From: Promethearchaeota archaeon
Lineage (GTDB): Archaea > Asgardarchaeota > Lokiarchaeia > Sigyniarchaeales > Promethearchaeaceae
Assembly (NCBI GenBank): GCA_016933055.1
Contig: JAFGBS010000009.1
Span: 540,001 to 572,000 of the forward strand
Direction of reading: 5' to 3'
DNA length: 32,000 nt
The notes beneath the pieces were generated by a model that was not told the origin of the DNA, ran no database searches, and saw only the letters and a list, made by a program, of their open reading frames with translations. Position numbers and translations under genes: made by a program. Of this stretch, positions 9,845 through 16,738 are shown piece after piece. How positions within the stretch are numbered: position 1 is the first letter of the stretch; the number at the start of each line of letters is the position of its first letter.

Positions 9845-10125
9845 AGTAGCCTTATTGTATCGAGGACGTGTTAGAGTTCTACAATGACAACACCGAGCAA
9901 AAAATAAGGCGATATTTGGAGAACCTTTTTCACACTTCACCCACTGGGCGAGCTGTATGAGGAATTATCCTATGAATACAGTTCAGCATTTTTGGGTGAT
10001 AAAGAAAATGCCCCATCAGCATAGGGTTCGAAAACACCTTCCATGGAGAACTTCTTAGAGCTATTGGATTTTCCTTGCGATGAAAAAGATGGTTAGTGGG
10101 TAGGTAAAATCGATAACCCTATGCT
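9845..10125 (+). ncRNA. Probable three-hairpin box H/ACA pseudouridylation guide sRNA
   Basis: Three stem-pocket-stem-K-turn hairpins (9849-9914, 9938-10001, 10036-10108), each followed by an ANA box 14-15 nt from the top of the pocket. Pockets are complementary to conserved 23S rRNA sequences recalled from memory. Confidence 0.75.
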
Positions 10126-10184
10126 CCCTCTTTTAGCTCTTTATTCCAATTAATTGGAAGTTCAAACAATCAAGAAAATTACAC

Positions 10185-10631
10185 TTAAAAAATATTCTGT
10201 TCTTTATAGATAATTTTTATTTCTTCGGGAACTGCAGAAAGTGTTTGAAAGCTGAGTTTTATGATTTTCCGTAAAATCGGACTGTACTTGTTCATTAGGC
10301 CTCGGATGATTCCCATATTTACCATTAAATCTGTTGCAACAACTAAATAGGCTGAACCAAGACCTTGAGTGAAAATAAAACCTTGATCATATTCAGTAAT
10401 CTGAGATTTGATTTTCCCATATCCAATAAGGAATCCTTGTTCTTCGATTGTATGGTAAATAGTGCCAGAAATTGCACCAAACCTCTCTAAATTTACATCG
10501 GTTTGAAATTTACTCACATTGGCTAAACTTATCCCTGATCCGTCCATTATCAGTGCGTATCGTATTCCGGGACTGACAGCAAGTATCTTTTTTAATACTT
10601 TCATTATCACTTCCTTATGTTGTTGTTCCAT
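10185..10631 (-). CDS. Roadblock/LC7 (MglB-like) domain protein
   Basis: Typical pattern: ALIMDGSGISLA, FGAISGTI, ITEYDQGFIF, YLVVAT..VNMGII. Confidence 0.85.
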   Translation of the reverse strand: MEQQHKEVIMKVLKKILAVSPGIRYALIMDGSGISLANVSKFQTDVNLERFGAISGTIYHTIEEQGFLIGYGKIKSQITEYDQGFIFTQGLGSAYLVVATDLMVNMGIIRGLMNKYSPILRKIIKLSFQTLSAVPEEIKIIYKEQNIF

Positions 10632-10638
10632 GTGAAAT

Positions 10639-10645
10639 CCTCCTT
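10639..10645 (-). promoter_or_regulatory. Shine-Dalgarno site (AAGGAGG) of the Roadblock gene
   Basis: AAGGAGG 7 nt upstream of ATG 10631. Confidence 0.7.
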
Positions 10646-10841
10646 AACCGAAATTAATCAAAAGATCTATGTTTGGATGTATTTATTTTCCACACAAGTG
10701 TATATCAAATAGGAATAAAAAAAGATACAAATAGTTGATTTATTGGAAGGTTTCCAAGAAAAATTGGATATCGATGTTGTCGATCCTCTTCCAAGATTAT
10801 GATTAAAGATGGTGAATTTAAATTATGAAAAATAAATCATG

Positions 10842-11819
10842 TTATTTTTTTTTAATAGAATCTATGGGAATATTGAGGATTTGTACCAATTGTTTGAAGT
10901 GGTTTCTCACAGTAACCTCGGTAACTTGACTGACTGCAGCAATACGTCTTTGAGTCCGATGTTCCCTATGAATTCTACTAGATAAATAAATTGCCGCAGC
11001 GGCAACTCCTTGTGCATTTTTTCCACTGGTACAGCCTCGTCTTTCTGCAGCAGTTACAATTTTTGTGGCCAAAAGTTCTACATCTTGTGATAGTTTTAAC
11101 TCACTGATGAAACGAGTGACAAATTCTCTAGGTTTAATCGGTTCTGTTCGCAAACATAACTTAAATTTAATGAATCGATAACTTCTACCGATTTCTTTTT
11201 TATCTACTCGAGCGTTTTCTGCAATTTCACTTAATGTGATCGATCGTTTTGTTGGAGAGCGTTTTTCTATATTTTTAAAGGTAGCTTCCTTACATGCCGC
11301 ATACAAACAAGCCGCTGCTACTCCCTCAATACTCCTTCCACGAATTAGTCCCTCTTCGACCGCTTTTCTATATATTTTTGAAGCACTTTCCCTTAACGAT
11401 TTCGAGAGAGACAAAGAACTTGCCATCCGCTCTAATTCACCAAGAGCAAAGGCAAGATTACGTTCAATTGCATCATTTACTCGAATACGTCGTTGCCATT
11501 CACGCATGCGCCGAAAACGTGGTCTAACTTTCGCAGGTATATCTTTTCCGGAATAATCTTTATCTTTATAGTCAATTATCGTAGATAATCCATGATCGTG
11601 AATTGTGTGCGTCATTGGTGCACCCACCCTAGTCCTACGCTCCCGTTGTTGGGCATCGAATGCTCTCCATTCAGGACCTTGGTCAATTACACTTTCTGCT
11701 ATAACCAATCCACAATTGCAGCATATTAACTCCCCTCTATTGTTATCACACACTGTCACTGATCCACAATCCGGGCACAAATCTAAAATTTCATGGAGTT
11801 GTACTTCTTCGCTAACCAT
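10842..11819 (-). CDS. tfb: Transcription initiation factor IIB
   Basis: Zn ribbon CPDC..CCNCG, B-reader GPEWRAF, two cyclin repeats (RGRSIEGVAAA, RTQRRIA, VTEVTVRN). Confidence 0.97.
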   Translation of the reverse strand: MVSEEVQLHEILDLCPDCGSVTVCDNNRGELICCNCGLVIAESVIDQGPEWRAFDAQQRERRTRVGAPMTHTIHDHGLSTIIDYKDKDYSGKDIPAKVRPRFRRMREWQRRIRVNDAIERNLAFALGELERMASSLSLSKSLRESASKIYRKAVEEGLIRGRSIEGVAAACLYAACKEATFKNIEKRSPTKRSITLSEIAENARVDKKEIGRSYRFIKFKLCLRTEPIKPREFVTRFISELKLSQDVELLATKIVTAAERRGCTSGKNAQGVAAAAIYLSSRIHREHRTQRRIAAVSQVTEVTVRNHFKQLVQILNIPIDSIKKK

Positions 11820-11881
11820 ATGTGTTACACTCTTTGATTGTTACACTTGGGGTTATATATTGACAACTACTCTTTTGGCGA

Positions 11882-12295
11882 TTATTTTTCTTGCCGTGAG
11901 ATGCTTGATTTAGATCTTGGCTTATAAGGCAGTTTCCCAGATTTATTTTTATTACTTTGATGCCGCATATCTCTCATTCTCCAATCCGTAATTTTTCCCT
12001 TTTTCTTTCCCCGAGAATCAGGTAATGTATACAGAGGTTCACCAACACGAGAACTAAAAGAAGAGGATGAAAGATTCGGACGAGAGGATTTTATTTTGAA
12101 ATACGGTTTGTATACTGGACCTATTATATCGGTAATTTTCCCAATACGCATTGCATTCGAATCATAAATTTCTGATCCGATTGCAGGAAGCTTTTTATCA
12201 CGAGACCATGTAGATGGTCTCACGATAATTGCACGTTGGGTGCATCCGAGTATATATCCAAGTCGCAGTGTGTGATCACCTAATGAGAAACTCAT
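11882..12295 (-). CDS. gar1: H/ACA RNP protein Gar1/Naf1 family
   Basis: LPAIGSEIYD..RIGKITDIIGPVYKPY motif; position directly upstream of tfb is a known archaeal arrangement. Confidence 0.85.
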   Translation of the reverse strand: MSFSLGDHTLRLGYILGCTQRAIIVRPSTWSRDKKLPAIGSEIYDSNAMRIGKITDIIGPVYKPYFKIKSSRPNLSSSSFSSRVGEPLYTLPDSRGKKKGKITDWRMRDMRHQSNKNKSGKLPYKPRSKSSISRQEK

Positions 12296-12692
12296 ACTAC
12301 AAAATAAAATCCTTTTCGTCCGTTAAGTAGTATAACAATTTAATTTATAATTTAATTTATAAATCTAACGGTCATTTATATAGTGTTACAGAGGAAATAC
12401 AGAAAAAATATGATTCTATTCTTAAAGAGAATATTAAAATTTTCACCAAACTCAAAAAATCTCTTCATTTTTGTAAATTTTCACGATCTACTTGCCTAAA
12501 GATGAAGATGATAAATGCGGACAAGTTTGATAGATAAAAAGGCTAAGACATAAACGCAACTAATCCTATTTAAATATTTTTAATTTGATCCAATCTATTC
12601 AATGTACAATAAAATTGATCGGATTTCCACAAAACTGTCTTCATTATCATTTAAATCCGATTCTTCTACATTTTGCCATTTGGAAATCTTTA

Positions 12693-13340
12693 CTATCCAG
12701 TGTTCATCATATTCCAAATTTCTTCGACAAAACTTTGTAGTTTTCCCATATTCATCTCTTTTTTTGCGGATACAGTGAAGATCTTAAGCAAGCCCTTAGA
12801 AATATTTCCTTTCACTTGTATGTGAATATCTGTTAATATTTTATCAATCTCATGAAGAATTTGATCAAGTTCCTTGTGTTTTAACCGATCAATTTTATTT
12901 ATTACCATAATGCATGGAAGCTGGATGTTCTCAATCCATGAGATAAATTCGAAAGTTAAAGGTATGGTTGTCTCATCCTGATAATACCATTTTTCCAATT
13001 CATCCATTATGCGTATACCATTAACGATAACCATAATTAAAAAAATGTTAGACTTATCCCTTTCAATGTAATTAATTATCTCGGTATGAATTTTATCTTT
13101 CAAATCTTTGGATGTTCGTGTCATTGCTCCAAATCCTGGAAGATCTACGATCTGATAGGGAACAGATGGATCATCATATAATTTCAAAGAAACCGTACTG
13201 CCTGCATGCTTTCCAATGGCCCCCGTGGTTAGTTTTTTGTTTTTCAGAAAATATCTAGCAATTGTACTTTTTCCCACATTCGAATTGCCTATGAGCACCA
13301 ATCGCGGGTGATTCTCCTTAATTTTAAAACTTTTCAGCAT
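12693..13340 (-). CDS. engB: EngB/YihA/YsxC family GTP-binding protein
   Basis: G1 GNSNVGKST, G3 DLPGFG, G4 NKID, G5 SAK. Confidence 0.88.
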   Translation of the reverse strand: MLKSFKIKENHPRLVLIGNSNVGKSTIARYFLKNKKLTTGAIGKHAGSTVSLKLYDDPSVPYQIVDLPGFGAMTRTSKDLKDKIHTEIINYIERDKSNIFLIMVIVNGIRIMDELEKWYYQDETTIPLTFEFISWIENIQLPCIMVINKIDRLKHKELDQILHEIDKILTDIHIQVKGNISKGLLKIFTVSAKKEMNMGKLQSFVEEIWNMMNTG

Positions 13341-13379
13341 ATTACGATACCTTTTTCTTGGAAGGAAAGATTTGAAACA

Positions 13380-14285
13380 TCAAATGTCTTTAAAATCATC
13401 TGTTAAGAAATCCAGATACATTTTCTTCTTCTCGGATTTAGTGAGAATTGGTCGCTCACTAATCGGTTTTCCCACTTCATGCAATATGTCATTTAAGACA
13501 TCAATTCCTACGTCTAATTTCAGTTTATCTCCCCGGAATTCAATTACTTTCTTTCCATTTAGTGTAAGACGTAAAATAAACCCTAGACCAAAATAAAATT
13601 TATGCTCTTCGATTGGATCGATGGGCGATTTTGAGGTCGCCTCTTTTAATAATTCATATAAAATGTCTTTACTGGCTTGGTGGTCCTCTATATCAAATAC
13701 TAGAACCCATAAAGCGTGATACCAAATTTTAGTTCTTCGATCTGAACAATACTGAGCGAATGCTTCAGGTGTGATGATTTTTTTCTTTTCACGTTTTTTT
13801 TCTAATTCTTCTTGGATGAGTGTTTCCAGATCTTCTGTTATTTCTGGTTTAAACTCGGATTTTATCTCTTCGTACAATCCCCATCCTTCATACGGATCGA
13901 ATTCAATCTCTTCACCCTCTGATTCCATTTTCTCTATTTCCGGACTATATTCAGCCTCATCGGCAACCTCCTTCACATCCTCAATTGCATTTTGAATCTC
14001 CATCATTTCTTCAATGCTTAGGTCTTCAATATCGCTGAAGTCCTTAAGCATTTCTCGAAGTTGTTCGTCATCATCTAGGTCAATATCGGCATATTTAACA
14101 ACATCAGCAGATAAATCCATGATCTCAATTTCTTGTTCCTCTTGATTATTGGATTTATGTGCAAGATTTTTAGTAGTATTTAATTGATCTGGACTACTTT
14201 CGTTTTTTCCAGAAACAGTAGCTTGCTCTTCTTCTTCATTTTTCGTTTTTTCATTATTTTCTTGGGAATCTTTCTCTTCATTCAT
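13380..14285 (-). CDS. Hypothetical protein: acidic low-complexity N-terminal half, globular C-terminal domain
   Basis: 301-aa ORF; very E/D-rich first ~170 aa, ordered C-terminal ~130 aa. Confidence 0.85.
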   Translation of the reverse strand: MNEEKDSQENNEKTKNEEEEQATVSGKNESSPDQLNTTKNLAHKSNNQEEQEIEIMDLSADVVKYADIDLDDDEQLREMLKDFSDIEDLSIEEMMEIQNAIEDVKEVADEAEYSPEIEKMESEGEEIEFDPYEGWGLYEEIKSEFKPEITEDLETLIQEELEKKREKKKIITPEAFAQYCSDRRTKIWYHALWVLVFDIEDHQASKDILYELLKEATSKSPIDPIEEHKFYFGLGFILRLTLNGKKVIEFRGDKLKLDVGIDVLNDILHEVGKPISERPILTKSEKKKMYLDFLTDDFKDI

Positions 14286-14342
14286 TATGGGATAAAGGAA
14301 ACAATATTCTAAATAACTTTTATTCTCTATATAGAGCTAAGT

Positions 14343-14870
14343 ATGAGATTTTATGTGCCTTATGAAATCCAAGGAGATAATTTCAATCTACATATTATGA
14401 AAAAAAACCATATCAAGCACCAAAAAAAGCTCTTAAGGGATTCTACGCTTCGCTATTACCTCAATATACCCCCTAATCATAGATCTAAACAAATATGGTT
14501 TAAATCTCGTTCCTTATTATATACTATTTTGATTCAAAATACAATAGTCGGATGGGTTGGTGTGAGAAATATAAATTCCACCTCCACTTCATGTTCGATA
14601 GAAATTGTGCTCGAATCCTCTCAAAGAAACAAAGGATATGGTAAAGAAATCCTAACTATAATAGAATTTGTAGTTCAGAAATATCTTGCAATACGAAAAA
14701 TAATAGCTCATGTGTACAAAGAAAATATTCCTGCACGGGGATTATTTGAAAAATTACATTATAAGCAAACAGAAGATCAAAATTCTCTTTCCCAAGAAAA
14801 AATGACCTATATAAAGCAATTAAATAAAGGTGATAAAATTAATGGAAAAGTATCATTTACGGAGATTTGA
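14343..14870 (+). CDS. GNAT N-acetyltransferase (RimJ/RimL-like)
   Basis: IVGWVG, QRNKGYGKE, HVYKENIPARGLFEKLHY. Confidence 0.8.
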   Translation: MRFYVPYEIQGDNFNLHIMKKNHIKHQKKLLRDSTLRYYLNIPPNHRSKQIWFKSRSLLYTILIQNTIVGWVGVRNINSTSTSCSIEIVLESSQRNKGYGKEILTIIEFVVQKYLAIRKIIAHVYKENIPARGLFEKLHYKQTEDQNSLSQEKMTYIKQLNKGDKINGKVSFTEI

Positions 14871-15336
14871 TAAAGAAATTACAGATTATAATGAAATAAA
14901 AGGCATAATTCAGAGACAAGAGTATCTAACTCTTGCAATGAGTAGATTAAACCGACCATATCTTGTATCCCTTAATTATGGTTATGATGTAAAACAAAAG
15001 TGTTTCTATTTTCATTGCGCCAGTGAGGGGAAAAAAATAGATTATCTGTATTCAAATCCAAGAATATATGGGCAAATTTTAGAAAACCTCAAATATTTGG
15101 AGGGAAAATGTTCTTATGCATACCGATCCGTTCAATTTGAGGGTGAAGTTTCATTTGTAGAAAAAGATTACGAGAAAAAACATGCTTTACAATTAATGGT
15201 AGACAAATTAGAAATTCCCGCTCTTATTAATAAAACTAAAGAGAAGTTTATGACGGATTCAGCAATTGAAAATGTGGTAATTGGAAAAATCAACGTGACA
15301 AAATTTTCGGCTAAAGAAGAAAAGTTAACAAGTTGA
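14842..15336 (+). CDS. Pyridoxamine 5'-phosphate oxidase-like FMN-binding protein (NimA-like)
   Basis: RRFDKEI, PYLVSLNYGY, YFHCASEGKK, YRSVQFEG; ATG 14842 preferred. Confidence 0.88.
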   Translation: MEKYHLRRFDKEITDYNEIKGIIQRQEYLTLAMSRLNRPYLVSLNYGYDVKQKCFYFHCASEGKKIDYLYSNPRIYGQILENLKYLEGKCSYAYRSVQFEGEVSFVEKDYEKKHALQLMVDKLEIPALINKTKEKFMTDSAIENVVIGKINVTKFSAKEEKLTS

Positions 15337-15384
15337 TAAATGAGAGAAAAAAGAATAATTTGTATTTTACTTAAATTTAGTAAT

Positions 15385-15621
15385 TTATTCTCCTTCAAAA
15401 TCGGATGGGAATACTGTAATTCGTTTCAATTCACCCTTGGAGTCCCCTTTTGTTTTGCGAGGTAATTTATCCAAAATTTCTTGGACCCCTTGGGCAACCT
15501 TGTTATCTAAGTATTCATAAACCATGTCTTTTGCTTCAGCGGAGATTCGAATGCTTTGATCTCCTACAGCGAATAGATCCTTTATCTTTGAGCTTCGGAT
15601 ATATTTTACAGTGTAAGGCAT
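15385..15621 (-). CDS. Atypical histone-fold protein (alpha3-truncated type)
   Basis: SKIKDLF (alpha1), RISAEA (L1), amphipathic alpha2, KRITVFPSDF (L2 R-x-T-x4-D). Confidence 0.72.
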   Translation of the reverse strand: MPYTVKYIRSSKIKDLFAVGDQSIRISAEAKDMVYEYLDNKVAQGVQEILDKLPRKTKGDSKGELKRITVFPSDFEGE

Positions 15622-15928
15622 TATTTTTCACTTTATTATTTTATCTTAGTTTAATTCAATTATTTTTTAAAATAATTAAGATGTGTTAGTATCTTGAATA
15701 TTTAAATATATGCCCCAAAACATCGACAAAATTCAAAATCTGTTGCCGAATTAACACGAGGTGGTGTTATATTGATGGAATTTTCCTTTACAGAAATCTC
15801 TGCTTAATACTCAAAACCTAACGATTTTTTCTCAATTTCGCAGAGATAGAGAAAACTATGAAAGATCTTCATTACAATTTAATTTTGGAATCAGTTTTTG
15901 ATTTATTATACCCAAAATCACTTATTTT

Positions 15929-16162
15929 TTACTTATTTGGAGATTGATTTATCAATTGCTTTTTCATAGTTTTTGAATAAATAATTGATGTCACAATTAA
16001 AATAACAAAAAGAACGATTGAAATAACTGTATATATGTAAAATTCAGTTGATTTTTTCTCAATTGCAGAACGGATTGCCTTATATAAAGGATAGATTAAC
16101 AAGAGCCAAGATAATCGAAAATACGTATACGAGAACACACTTCGAGACCGTGATTTACTCAT
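15929..16162 (-). CDS. Small hypothetical membrane protein (2 TM)
   Basis: 77-aa ORF, ATG start, two hydrophobic segments flanked by basic residues; co-oriented 16 nt downstream of the Zn-finger gene. Confidence 0.55.
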   Translation of the reverse strand: MSKSRSRSVFSYTYFRLSWLLLIYPLYKAIRSAIEKKSTEFYIYTVISIVLFVILIVTSIIYSKTMKKQLINQSPNK

Positions 16163-16178
16163 CTTAGAATCAAACTAT

Positions 16179-16379
16179 TCAGTGGATTCGAAATAACCTG
16201 GTGGAATCCAATTTTTGAATTTCACCACATTTTGGACATTTGTAATGTTTATTATCAGTCTTTAAGGATTGAACACACTCGAAACAGACAGGTGCATCAC
16301 ATACACAATAATGCATGGTGGTTATGTCCTTAGATTTTTTACAGACCATGCACATAGACATATCTGAATTGTTAGACAT
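16179..16379 (-). CDS. Small RING-like zinc-finger protein
   Basis: CMVC...HYCVCDAPVCFEC...CPKC; ATG 16379 gives 66 aa. Confidence 0.75.
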   Translation of the reverse strand: MSNNSDMSMCMVCKKSKDITTMHYCVCDAPVCFECVQSLKTDNKHYKCPKCGEIQKLDSTRLFRIH

Positions 16380-16534
16380 TATATAATATTGATTTTTTAC
16401 ACCATAAAAGTTTTGCATCAATATAAGAGAAAGATTTTTAGTTGTTCACTCAATTGTTCTCTTGGTGACAGAAAATTAGTGAAGAACCGCAATTTCCCCC
16501 AATACCATCATTAGGAGAATCCATTAAAAAAAAC

Positions 16535-16738
16535 ATGATCGAAAAAAAAACAAGTGTTTTAGAATGTGAAAATTGCGGTAGAAAGTTCAAACGACCGTTT
16601 GAAGTCGGAGATTATGTGTATGTGAAACTAGTGGGGAAAAATTGCCCCCAATGCAATAAAACCAATTACACTATTATCCAGATCTATGGTGAATGGGTAA
16701 AAGCGAACCGTAAAGAACGAAAAAACTCGTTGTTTTAG
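16535..16738 (+). CDS. Small zinc-ribbon protein (conserved-archaeal type)
   Basis: CENC..RPFEVGDYV..CPQC..IYGE. Confidence 0.8.
   Translation: MIEKKTSVLECENCGRKFKRPFEVGDYVYVKLVGKNCPQCNKTNYTIIQIYGEWVKANRKERKNSLF

Noticed and set aside
9950-9984. Resemblance to group II intron domain V (GAGCTGTAT...ATACAGTTC)
   Set aside because: No GNRA loop or AY bulge, no domain VI with a bulged A, no GUGYG 5' end or RT. The hairpin is fully explained as a K-turn P2 stem
9950-9984. SECIS element (AUGA...GA)
   Set aside because: The K-turn bulge is on the 3' strand, the opposite orientation to SECIS; the apical stem is only 3 bp; no + strand gene lies upstream
9845-10140. RNase P RNA, SRP RNA or group I intron
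   Set aside because: No GAGGAAnnUCC with a matching P4 partner, no CAGG-GNRA-AGCA helix 8, and no P3/P7 geometry on either strand
12296-12692. Possible small ORF or RNA in the gar1-engB spacer, including the AATTTAATTTAT tandem repeat
   Set aside because: The longest open frame lacks a plausible start and I found no stable stems; it is consistent with AT-rich promoter and terminator DNA
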